The notes: generated by a model not told the origin, from the sequence alone. Positions 1-8,160 are shown, numbered from the stretch's first letter. The stretch: 64,000 nt of DNA from an uncultured Actinomycetes bacterium (GCA_963825635.1 CAWGTU010000004.1:67362-131361), one strand, 5' to 3'. Made by a program: numbers and translations.

Positions 1-1240
1 GATCGGTCGCGGCCGGGGCCGCATGGGAACTCTCTTGCGGCGCGAAAGCCACCTTGAACGTGCCGAGCCGGCCGGCCGACATCGCGTGATCGATCGCGTC
101 GCGCCACCGCGCGAGCGGATAGGTCGCACCGACCATCGGCGCGAGCATCGGCCCGATCTGACTGGCCAGCTCGAGCGCGAGGGCGAACGAGTGGCGACGG
201 CCGCCCTCGGTGTCCTCCATGCCGGTGGTGTAGGCGCCCACCAGCTCGAGCTCGCGGAACCACAGCGGCGTGAGGTCGGCGCCGCCCGCGGGGATGCCGC
301 TCACGACGACCCGCCCCCCCGCCTTCGTGGTCCGCAGTGCCATGTCGAGCGCACGTTTCGAACCGGTGCACTCGAACACCACGTCGGCGCCGCCGAGCAG
401 GAACTCCTGGCCGCGTTCGGGCTTCAGCTTCACGGCGTGCCCGACACGGCGCACCGCTTTCAGCGCGTGCTCCGGGCGCACGACCTCGTCGGCGCCGGCC
501 ATCTTCGCGGCCGCTCGCTGCGCCGTGTGCTTCGCGGCCACGATCACGCGACCCGGTTGCGCGAACCGGCGGAGCGCGACCTGCGTGAGCAGGCCGACCG
601 TGCCCGAACCGATCACGAGCACGTCGGCGCCCTCGGGGACGCGAGCGCGGAACACCGAGTGGATCGCGGTTGCGAGCGGCTCGATCAAGACCGCCACGCG
701 GTCGTCGACGCCGTCGGGCACGGCCCACAGCTGCGACCTGTGGGCGAGCATCATGCGGCTCCATCCGCCACCGGTGCTCGCGCAGAACCCCGTCTGCAAG
801 CCGGGCTTCAAGGAACCGACCGTCACGCGGTCGCACCGTCCGTACTCCCCTGCGGCGCAGTGCTCGCAGAGCTCGGCCTGATCGCGGGCCGCGCACCCGA
901 GCACGGACGACAAGGTCACCCGCTGCCCCGCCGCGTGATCGCCGCAGTCGTCGAGCAGCTCGCCCACGACCTCGTGCCCCGGCACGAACGGCATCGAGAC
1001 GAGCGGTGAGAAGTAGAACGACGACTCGCCGGCGATCGTGGACAGGTCGCTGCCGCAGATGCCGGTCAACGTCGGCTTCAGGCGCGCCCACCCGTCACCC
1101 CGCGCTTCCGGATCGGGCTGGGTCACGAGGCGGAGCGGCGCGAGTGGCCCGCCGGCCACCAGCCCCGGCACGCGACGCCCGGCGACCTTGGATCCGACGT
1201 AGCGCGGCATCGATCGGAAGTACTCGAGCGCGAGGGCCAT
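1..1240 (-). CDS. Zn-dependent alcohol dehydrogenase (MDR family), partial; 3' end runs off the window
   Basis: Not in the ORF track because there is no stop in the window. The reverse-strand ATG at 1240 gives MALALEYFRS...LKPTLTGICGSDLS...FVPGHEVVGE, the MDR catalytic-zinc signature. The + strand ORFs here are Arg/Pro-rich antisense artefacts. Confidence 0.75.
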   Translation of the reverse strand, partial: MALALEYFRSMPRYVGSKVAGRRVPGLVAGGPLAPLRLVTQPDPEARGDGWARLKPTLTGICGSDLSTIAGESSFYFSPLVSMPFVPGHEVVGELLDDCGDHAAGQRVTLSSVLGCAARDQAELCEHCAAGEYGRCDRVTVGSLKPGLQTGFCASTGGGWSRMMLAHRSQLWAVPDGVDDRVAVLIEPLATAIHSVFRARVPEGADVLVIGSGTVGLLTQVALRRFAQPGRVIVAAKHTAQRAAAKMAGADEVVRPEHALKAVRRVGHAVKLKPERGQEFLLGGADVVFECTGSKRALDMALRTTKAGGRVVVSGIPAGGADLTPLWFRELELVGAYTTGMEDTEGGRRHSFALALELASQIGPMLAPMVGATYPLARWRDAIDHAMSAGRLGTFKVAFAPQESSHAAPAATD

Positions 1241-1257
1241 CTATCGCCTCACCGCCC

Positions 1258-3558
1258 TCACGTGCGCACCGCCGGCCTGGGGAAGCGCACCCGCGGCATG
1301 CCCTTGGTCATGCCCCATTCCTCGATCGGCCAGCGGCGGCGGCGCGCGTACCGATAGAGCGACGCGTCGGGCGAGACCGCCACCGGGTTGCCCACCGCCC
1401 GCAGCAGGGGCAGGTCGGAGTACGAGTCGGCGTATGCGTAGGAGTGCTTCAGCTCGATGCCTTCCAGCAGGGCGTACCGACGCAGCCACGCGGCGCGCGC
1501 CTCGCCCACCAGCGGCGGGGCCGACATGAATCCCGTGTACCGGCCGTCACGTTCCTCGAGCTCGGCGCCGATCACCACGTCGAACAGCGGTGAGAGCGGT
1601 CGCACGAACGCATCGGCGGCTGCGGTGATCAAGATCGTGCGGTGCCCGGCGGCGCGGTGCTCCCGGATGCGCCGGATCGCCGCCGCGCTCGCCTTCTGCA
1701 ACATGAACTCGGCGACGTGGCTCGCGACGAGTCGGTCGATGCCCTCGACGCTCGCACCCTCGTACCGCCGGAAGAACGAGCGCAGGAAGTCGCCGCGATC
1801 GCGCCGGTCGATCTGCAGGTAGCCGGGGATACGGCCGAACACGCTCGCGAGCTCACGCGGCCACTCCTCGGGGGTGAGGTCGGCCATGCGGGCCCACACG
1901 TAGCTCTCGACCACGTTCGACGAGATGATCGTGCCCTCCATGTCGAACAGCGCGAGCACGGGCTCCTCACGCTCGCGGATCCTCACGCTGGGTCGCTCGC
2001 GGTCGCGCTTCGAGAGCTCCCGCAGCGATTGGGTCACGGCCGGCGAGTGCACGTCCTGCAGGTAGTACTTCCAGTCGACCATCGCCGCGTCGAACGGGAA
2101 CCTCGCCTTGTCCTCGGCGCTCAGCGATTCGAAGAGCGCGAGCGTGCGGTCGTCGGTGTAGACGACCTCGGTCTCGGTGTACATGCCATAGAGGTCGCTG
2201 TAGCGCTTCACGAAGTCGACCCGCGCCTTGTCGCGGTCGACACGACGAACGGCGTCGCGCATCGCCTTCGACTTCGGCAGGTGGGTCACGACTTGCTCCG
2301 CGATGTCGGTGAGACGCTCGGCCCGGCGCAGCATGCGTTCCACGGTGAGGTTGCCCGGGAAGTCCCACTCGGGAACCTTGTGCTCGCCTCGGCCGCGCTC
2401 GGGCAAGGGATGCTCCTCGAAGTAGGCGCGGATCCATTCGTACAGCTCGAAGAACCGCAGCGGGTTGCGCGAGCCCGAGCTCACGTTGTAGTGATGCACC
2501 TCGCCGGCCGGCGGCGGACTCGCCGCGACGGCGAGCAACGCGTTCACGACGAAGTCGACCGGGATGATGTCGATGATGCCCTCGGGGATGCCGGGGAACT
2601 CGGGGATCTGCCCCAGCCCGTACGCCCGGATGATCGGGTCGGCCATCTTGAACCCGTCGATCCACCCCGGGAACGGGTGGGTGTAGGCCGACTCGATGAT
2701 CGACGGGCGCACGATGCTGAGCGGAAGGTTCGCCTCGGCGGCGAGCTCTTCGACCGCGCGCTCGCCCATCGCCTTCGTGAACGTGTAGACGTCAGGCCAC
2801 CCGAGCGAGCGGGCGCGGGTGCGTCCGTACTCGACGAGTCGTTTCGTCACCCACTTCTGACGGCGTTCCTCGGCGTCGTCGGCGACGGTCGTGGGCCCGG
2901 CGCGAGAGTGCTCGTCACGGGCGAGATCCATGAACGCGTTCAACATCTCGGGCTTGCGGCTGGCCGCCTCCACGTCCTTGCGAGCGGCCATCGCCAGCTC
3001 GAGCTCGAGCATGTAGTCGACCCGATGCTCGAGCGGTCCCTCGGGGATCACGCCCTTCTGCACCCCGGCGACATACGCGGTCGAGATGTGCACCAGGGCC
3101 GGGGTCGAACCGCTCGCGATCACCCCGCTGTAGAGGTTCATCGCCCCCTGCAGGTTCGTCATGAACCCCTCGTCGATCGGGGGATCGAAGCTGACCGTCG
3201 CCGCGGAGTGCATCGCGACATCGATGCCGGCGGGCACACTGGGTTGACCTCGCCCGAAGTCGCCGTCGATCACCTCGACGCGCTCGTCCAGCATCTCCGT
3301 GAGGCCCACCTCGCCCACACGCTCGCGCAACCCGTCGAACGCGGGCTTGCGGAAGAGGTACTCGACACGCTCACGGCTCGTGGCGCCGGTCTGGCTCCGC
3401 ACCAGCAGGACCACGCGGGTCTTGGGGAAGTCCGCCAGGAGGCGTTCGAAGACGACCTGCGCGAGGAAGCCGGTCACCCCGGTGAGCAACATCGTCTTGC
3501 CCGACAAGGCTTCGACGATCGAGGACGACGCGGGCGGGCGGGCCCCGCTCTCTACCAT
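1258..3558 (-). CDS. Fatty acyl-CoA/ACP reductase (NAD-binding, male-sterility type) fused to a C-terminal HAD-IB-like hydrolase domain
   Basis: 766-aa ORF. N-terminus has the Rossmann motif LLTGVTGFLAQ and a YTFTK active-site-like motif typical of FAR enzymes. C-terminus has LFDMEGTI ... ILITAAAD ... YADSYSDLPLL, the HAD motifs I-IV. Confidence 0.8.
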   Translation of the reverse strand: MVESGARPPASSSIVEALSGKTMLLTGVTGFLAQVVFERLLADFPKTRVVLLVRSQTGATSRERVEYLFRKPAFDGLRERVGEVGLTEMLDERVEVIDGDFGRGQPSVPAGIDVAMHSAATVSFDPPIDEGFMTNLQGAMNLYSGVIASGSTPALVHISTAYVAGVQKGVIPEGPLEHRVDYMLELELAMAARKDVEAASRKPEMLNAFMDLARDEHSRAGPTTVADDAEERRQKWVTKRLVEYGRTRARSLGWPDVYTFTKAMGERAVEELAAEANLPLSIVRPSIIESAYTHPFPGWIDGFKMADPIIRAYGLGQIPEFPGIPEGIIDIIPVDFVVNALLAVAASPPPAGEVHHYNVSSGSRNPLRFFELYEWIRAYFEEHPLPERGRGEHKVPEWDFPGNLTVERMLRRAERLTDIAEQVVTHLPKSKAMRDAVRRVDRDKARVDFVKRYSDLYGMYTETEVVYTDDRTLALFESLSAEDKARFPFDAAMVDWKYYLQDVHSPAVTQSLRELSKRDRERPSVRIREREEPVLALFDMEGTIISSNVVESYVWARMADLTPEEWPRELASVFGRIPGYLQIDRRDRGDFLRSFFRRYEGASVEGIDRLVASHVAEFMLQKASAAAIRRIREHRAAGHRTILITAAADAFVRPLSPLFDVVIGAELEERDGRYTGFMSAPPLVGEARAAWLRRYALLEGIELKHSYAYADSYSDLPLLRAVGNPVAVSPDASLYRYARRRRWPIEEWGMTKGMPRVRFPRPAVRT

Positions 3559-3576
3559 GCGGCAGATTATGCCTCG

Positions 3577-3592
3577 TCTACCGGTCGGTAGA
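3577..3592. promoter_or_regulatory. 16-bp perfect palindrome TCTACCGGTCGGTAGA upstream of the FAR-HAD gene
   Basis: Read directly. 7-bp arms with a 2-nt centre, too tight for a hairpin, lying 19 nt upstream of the start at 3558. Operator-like. Confidence 0.35.
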
Positions 3593-3608
3593 CAAATCGG
3601 TGGTCAGA

Positions 3609-4046
3609 TCACGACGAGAGCGCCGAGTCGCCGTCCCGCGACTTCGTGAGCTCCGACCAGCGGCTCACGTAATCGGCCGAGTCATCCGTCTCGGCTCCTT
3701 CTCCGACCGCGAAGGAGCCTTCCTCGCTGAGGTCGCTGAGCTGCGGGGCGGCGGTGACGGTGACCCTTCCGTTCCGGCCGGCCGATCGTGCACGGATCGA
3801 CTCGAGCCGAGAGATGTGGTCGGCGACGACGGCGAGTTCCTCCTCGAGGCGGTCACGCTCGTCGATCGACTTCCTGATCGCGTGGTCGAGCGTCGAGTCG
3901 AGCTCTGCCGCCGCCCTCGCGGCTTCGTCGGCGAGCCGGCGTCGTCGCTCCTCGGTCTCCTCCAGCTCGGCCTCGGCTCGTTCGAACCGCTGCAGGGCGT
4001 CGCTCAACGCGGGGTCGCCGGAGTGGTGCATCGTGTCGTCGGCCAT
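3609..4046 (-). CDS. Hypothetical acidic coiled-coil protein
   Basis: ORF 3609..4088 trimmed to the ATG at 4046 (MADDTMHH), which is preceded by GGGAGGGA. E/R/A/L-rich heptad-like sequence. No recognisable family. Confidence 0.6.
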   Translation of the reverse strand: MADDTMHHSGDPALSDALQRFERAEAELEETEERRRRLADEAARAAAELDSTLDHAIRKSIDERDRLEEELAVVADHISRLESIRARSAGRNGRVTVTAAPQLSDLSEEGSFAVGEGAETDDSADYVSRWSELTKSRDGDSALSS

Positions 4047-4109
4047 GATCCCTCCCGGATACAAGCGTTTCCTTCCCAGCATCGGCATGCGCGCACTCAG
4101 AACTTGACC
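4026..4109 (-). repeat. Leader repeat copy A: 5' UTR, RBS and first 7 codons
   Basis: GGTCAAGTTC..GTGC.CGCATGCCGA.GCT.GGAAGGAA....ATCCGGGAGGGATCATGGCCGACGACACGATGCAC. Near-identical to 5319..5417. Confidence 0.8.
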
Positions 4110-4142
4110 ACCTCGCTGACGAAAGCGTCGATCTTCGGCCGT

Positions 4143-5339
4143 TCACTCGATGTACTCGTAGGAACGCAGCACCTGACGGATGCACCGGAGCTTCTTGAGC
4201 CTCTTGGTCGATGCATTCACGCACGCCGCTATCTCGGCGACAGCCTCCTCTGCCGTGCCGGAAGGTGAGGGAGACACAGTGGGCGACGGCGAGACCGTCG
4301 GCGCCGGGCTTGGCGAGGACGAGGCACTTGGGTCGTACAGCGCCTCCGAGCATGATCCGAACGCCGTGCAGCCGTGACGGGAGAGCCAGCCGGCGCGGGC
4401 GTTGTCCCACACCGATCGGTCCGTCGTGAGCGTCATCCCCGGCAGGGTGGACATCGGGAACTTGCCTGCGCCAAGCCAGACCACTGTCACGTTCTGCATG
4501 GTGGTGCCGGGAGGCCAGTCACTGGGGGTGGAATCGCGGAACTTCTCGGCGGTGAACACGGAGTTGCGGATGATCGGCTCGTGCCGGCCACCGTCGTCGA
4601 ACTTCTTGAAGAACGACCCGTGACCCAGGATGGTCGGGTCGTTGGTGCTGTACGGCCCCGGCATCGGCTGCAGGCGCATCAAGACGCCGTCGAGGATCAA
4701 CGTCTCGCCGGCGGTCGAGCCCGCGTCCTGCTCCGACAGGCCCGTGTAGCACCCGTCGAACAAGGAGTCGTAGATCGCGCCGCCGAGCCGATCGTCGTTC
4801 TCCACGCAGTCGTCACGGATGTACTCGTAGTAGTTGTTGACCAGCGTCCAGTTCTCACCGTCCCTTGGCTGGTAACCGTCGGCGGTGTTGCGGATGCGCC
4901 AGCCGTTGACCACCGTGTCGGACGTGTAGGTGCGCAAGCCACCACCGTGGTAGCCGTCATGCATCTGGTTCCACGTCAGGTTCTCCGACTGCTGGCCCAC
5001 CGTCTTACCGCCCACGATGCACAGACCGGTCGGCACGCCGCCCTCGTCCTTGCTCCCGAGACTCACGGGGTATGGATCGGTGAACGGGTACCCGATGTTG
5101 GCATAGGTCCGGGCGTCGAACGTGTGGTTGGTGGGGAACGTCTCCTGCTTCCACCGGGCCGACTCGGTGCCCGACTTCACCGTCAGGGATGAGCGCTCCA
5201 GACAATCGACCGCTGACGGCTCTACCGCCGACACCGACTGGATGAGTGCTCCGACCAAGGCTGCGACTGCGATGAGCGTGAGGCTGCGCTTCATCGGTCC
5301 CTTCCCTTCTGCGGCGGCGTGCATCGTGTCGTTGGCCAT
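4143..5339 (-). CDS. Secreted hypothetical protein with a Pro/Ser linker and a small C-terminal two-Cys domain
   Basis: ORF 4143..5396 trimmed to the RBS-preceded ATG at 5339 (MANDTMH). An alternative start at 5294 (MKRSLTLIAVAALVGALIQSVSA) is a classic signal peptide. The C-terminus has SPSPAPTVSPSPTVSPSPSG followed by ~38 aa with 2 Cys. Confidence 0.65.
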   Translation of the reverse strand: MANDTMHAAAEGKGPMKRSLTLIAVAALVGALIQSVSAVEPSAVDCLERSSLTVKSGTESARWKQETFPTNHTFDARTYANIGYPFTDPYPVSLGSKDEGGVPTGLCIVGGKTVGQQSENLTWNQMHDGYHGGGLRTYTSDTVVNGWRIRNTADGYQPRDGENWTLVNNYYEYIRDDCVENDDRLGGAIYDSLFDGCYTGLSEQDAGSTAGETLILDGVLMRLQPMPGPYSTNDPTILGHGSFFKKFDDGGRHEPIIRNSVFTAEKFRDSTPSDWPPGTTMQNVTVVWLGAGKFPMSTLPGMTLTTDRSVWDNARAGWLSRHGCTAFGSCSEALYDPSASSSPSPAPTVSPSPTVSPSPSGTAEEAVAEIAACVNASTKRLKKLRCIRQVLRSYEYIE

Positions 5340-5417
5340 GATCCCTCCCGGATGCAGGCGTTCCCGGATGCAGGCATTCCTTCCTAGCCTCGGCATGCGA
5401 GCACCCGGAACTTGACC
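5319..5417 (-). repeat. Leader repeat copy B, with an internal 15-nt duplication
   Basis: Same element as 4026..4109. GCCTGCATCCGGGA occurs twice in tandem before the shared GGGATCATGGCCAACGACACGATGCAC. Confidence 0.8.
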
Positions 5418-5454
5418 GGAGCGACCGGGTTCGTCGCACTAGACTCCGACACCC

Positions 5455-5742
5455 ATGGAGATCCGCGACCTGCAGTCCTCGATGGCCCGTCTATACCTCG
5501 AGCGCGACCAGGCCCGGGGTCGAGACGTCACGTTCCGGTGGCTCACCGAGGAGGTCGGGGAGCTCGCGAGAGCGATGCGGACCGGCGACCGGGCGAACCT
5601 CGAGCACGAGTTCGGCGATGTCATAGCCTGGCTCGCCTCGCTCGCGAACCTCGAGGGCATCGACCTCGAGACCGCGGTCGCCAGGTACGCAGCGACGTGC
5701 CCGCGGTGCGGCGACGCACCATGCGACTGCCCCTTTTCATGA
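5455..5742 (+). CDS. MazG-like nucleotide pyrophosphohydrolase domain protein
   Basis: 95 aa. EEVGELARA...EHEFGDVIAWLASLAN matches the all-alpha MazG EEXXE/EXXD metal-binding helices. Cys-rich tail CPRCGDAPCDC. TAGACT lies 9 nt upstream of the ATG. Confidence 0.75.
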   Translation: MEIRDLQSSMARLYLERDQARGRDVTFRWLTEEVGELARAMRTGDRANLEHEFGDVIAWLASLANLEGIDLETAVARYAATCPRCGDAPCDCPFS

Positions 5743-6227
5743 GCGAGATCACGGTCCGCATGGCCTCGCCCGGCGACTGGGGCGCGGTCGCCGGCCTCCT
5801 CGTGGAGCTGGGCCGAGGGGTGGCGGCCGGCACCGCCGACGACCCCACGCACCGCCAGTCGTTCGCGGGGCGCCTCCGCCGACTCGGCAACGTCACGCTC
5901 GTCGCCGAACTCGACGGGGAGGTCGTGGGCGTGATCGACATGGAGTACCACCAGCGGCTCGGCGACCATCGGCCGCAGGCGCGGGTCAACGACGTCGTCG
6001 TGACGGAACGGGTACGAGGCACGGGGGCCGGCACAGCACTGCTGCGACGAGCGGAGGAGCTCGCTCGCAAGCGTGGCTGCTTCCGGATGGCGCTGGTCAC
6101 GGCCACGTGGCGCGAGGCCTCGATCGCGTTCTACCGGCGCGAAGGGTGGCAGGACTACGGCCAGTGGTTTGTGAAACCGCTCGTCACCGACGTGACGCCG
6201 GGGGGGCAACCGACGGACGATAACTGA
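5739..6227 (+). CDS. GNAT family N-acetyltransferase
   Basis: In-frame ATG at 5739 overlaps the MazG stop (ATGA). Contains VVTERVRGTGAGTALLRRAEELA, the acetyl-CoA binding Q/RxxGxG/A motif. The upstream part of ORF 5412..6227 is Arg-rich junk. Confidence 0.8.
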   Translation: MSEITVRMASPGDWGAVAGLLVELGRGVAAGTADDPTHRQSFAGRLRRLGNVTLVAELDGEVVGVIDMEYHQRLGDHRPQARVNDVVVTERVRGTGAGTALLRRAEELARKRGCFRMALVTATWREASIAFYRREGWQDYGQWFVKPLVTDVTPGGQPTDDN

Positions 6228-6234
6228 CGCGTCG

Positions 6235-6627
6235 TCAGTGCCCGCTGAGCCTGCGCGCCACGATCGGGAGCATCGTCGCGGCGATCGAGGGTTGGGCGTC
6301 GAGCAGCAGCGTGAACACGTGGCGCGAGATCGCGAGGCACCGCACGTCGGTCCGCGCCCGCACGCGGGCGTTCCGAGGTGAGTCGGTGAGGAGCGCGACC
6401 TCGCCGAAGAACTCACCAGGGCCGAGCTCGACCGAGACACCATCGGGCATGGCCACCTCGACCGTTCCCTCCTCGATGATGAACAGGCCGGAACCCGGCT
6501 GACCTCTCTCGGCGAGCACCTGTCCGGCCGGGGCGTGGAACTCCGTGGCGAGCCGGGCGACCACCTCGAGCCCGTCGTCGTCCAGATCGGCGAAGAGCGG
6601 GATGCCTCGAAGCGTCTCGATGTCCAT
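6235..6627 (-). CDS. Cyclic nucleotide-binding domain protein (single domain)
   Basis: Has GQPGSGLFIIEEG and FFGEVALLTDSPRNARVRA, the cNMP phosphate-binding cassette. Start taken at MDIETLRGIPLF (6627), 1 nt after the upstream stop. Confidence 0.8.
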   Translation of the reverse strand: MDIETLRGIPLFADLDDDGLEVVARLATEFHAPAGQVLAERGQPGSGLFIIEEGTVEVAMPDGVSVELGPGEFFGEVALLTDSPRNARVRARTDVRCLAISRHVFTLLLDAQPSIAATMLPIVARRLSGH

Positions 6628-6628
6628 G

Positions 6629-7000
6629 TCAGGCTCCCGTGCCGGCGTCACGCTCGGCCTTGCGCCATGGCACCACGCCGTCAACCTCGACGTCGATCGC
6701 GAAGCTCAGCAGGATCCGCACCACGACGATCACGCCGAGGGTCGCGGCGCTCTCGAGCGTGGGCTCGATGACGATCGTGCGAACGATGTCGGCGACCACC
6801 AGCACCTCGAGGCCGAGCAGGATCGCCCGGCCGAGCGATGCGCGGAGGTCCTGGAAGGCGACGAGTCGCGGGGCACGGCGCGTGAGGCGGACACCGTAGG
6901 CGCCGAACGCGAGCACGCTGCCCACGAGCAGGATGGCGACCCCGACGAGCTCGAACGCCCGGACGACGTCGGACATGAATCCCTCGTAGTTCAGGTCCAT
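6629..7000 (-). CDS. DUF1622 family small membrane protein
   Basis: 123 aa with hydrophobic helices. LGRAILLGLEVLVVADIVRT is typical of DUF1622. Confidence 0.7.
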   Translation of the reverse strand: MDLNYEGFMSDVVRAFELVGVAILLVGSVLAFGAYGVRLTRRAPRLVAFQDLRASLGRAILLGLEVLVVADIVRTIVIEPTLESAATLGVIVVVRILLSFAIDVEVDGVVPWRKAERDAGTGA

Positions 7001-7028
7001 GGGCGCACCCTACCGTGGACCCGCCCGC

Positions 7029-8060
7029 TCAGCGTGTGAAAAGGTGCTCGGCGATCTGGATCGCGTCCAGAGCGGCACCCTTCCGCAGGTTGTCGGCGCA
7101 GCTGAACAACGCCAACGCGTCGTCGCGGTCGGGTATCTGACGGATGCGCCCGACGAGGGCGTCGTCACCGCCGGCCGCATCGAGCGGCGACGGGAAGGTT
7201 CCGGCCGCGAGGTCGTCCATGAGCCGCACGCCGGGCGCTGCTTCCAAGAGTTCGCGGGCTTCCCCGACCGAGATCGGACGTGAGAACTCGGCGAGCATCG
7301 AGACGGCGTGCCCCGTCACGACCGGCACGCGCACAGAGGTCGCGACCACCTGCATCCGGGGGGCGTCGAGGATCTTCCGCGGCTCGGCCATCATCTTCGA
7401 CTCCTCGCCCGTGAAGCCGTCGGCCTCGAACTCACCGACCTTGGCCACCACGTTGAAGGCGATCGGTTTGGCGAACACCTCACCCTGCGGCAGGGCGTCG
7501 CGGTCGGGACGGGCGAGCGCCTCGACGTCGCCACCGAGCTTCTCGACCTGCTCCGCGAGCTCTCTGGTCCCCTTCCATCCCGCACCGCTCACGGCCTGGT
7601 AACTGGAGAGCACGAGCGACGTGCAGCCGGCCGCACGATGCAGGGGCCCGAGTGGCAGCACGGCGGTGATCGTCGTGCAGTTCGGCACCGCGATGATCCC
7701 GGGGTGCGGCCAGCCCTCGAGCGCCTCTGGGTTCACCTCCGGCACCGACAAGGGGACGTCGGGATCCATGCGGAACGCGCTCGAGTTGTCGATGCACACG
7801 GCCCCCGCGGCGGCGATGTCCGGCAGGAACGCCTTCGAGGTGGCTCCTCCCGCCGAGACGAACGCGACGTCGGTGCCGCGGGCCGCCTCGACCGTCAGCT
7901 CGCGAACCTCGTGCTCGGCACCACGGAACGTGACGAGGCGCCCGGCGCTGCGAGCACTGGCGAGCGGGACGAACTCGTCGACCGGGAATCGGCGCTCCTC
8001 GAGGATGCGAGTCATCTCCCGGCCGACGGCTCCGGTGGCTCCGATGACGGCGACCTTCAC
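7029..8060 (-). CDS. asd: Aspartate-semialdehyde dehydrogenase
   Basis: MKVAVIGATGAVG...NSSAFRMDPDVPLSVPEVN...AVPNCTT (active-site Cys). Full-length 343 aa. Confidence 0.95.
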   Translation of the reverse strand: MKVAVIGATGAVGREMTRILEERRFPVDEFVPLASARSAGRLVTFRGAEHEVRELTVEAARGTDVAFVSAGGATSKAFLPDIAAAGAVCIDNSSAFRMDPDVPLSVPEVNPEALEGWPHPGIIAVPNCTTITAVLPLGPLHRAAGCTSLVLSSYQAVSGAGWKGTRELAEQVEKLGGDVEALARPDRDALPQGEVFAKPIAFNVVAKVGEFEADGFTGEESKMMAEPRKILDAPRMQVVATSVRVPVVTGHAVSMLAEFSRPISVGEARELLEAAPGVRLMDDLAAGTFPSPLDAAGGDDALVGRIRQIPDRDDALALFSCADNLRKGAALDAIQIAEHLFTR

Positions 8061-8103
8061 GATCGAATCACCGTACCAGCGGGTTCCGGCCCGACGGTGG
8101 AGC

Positions 8104-8136
8104 GTGAAGGCCCGGGCTCCGAGCCCGGGCCTTCAC
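8104..8136 (-). terminator. Strong GC hairpin between the unknown gene and asd
   Basis: GTGAAGGCCCGGGC-TCCGA-GCCCGGGCCTTCAC, a perfect 14-bp stem. No U-tract, which is common in Actinobacteria. Confidence 0.6.
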
Positions 8137-8160
8137 GGCGTTCCAGACCCAGCCGTGCCG

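Noticed and set aside
5412-5417. TTGACC as the -35 box of the MazG-like gene promoter
   Set aside because: The spacing to the TAGACT box is 22 nt, which is too long. The hexamer is part of the duplicated leader element of the opposite-strand gene; copy A has it too, with no plus-strand gene.
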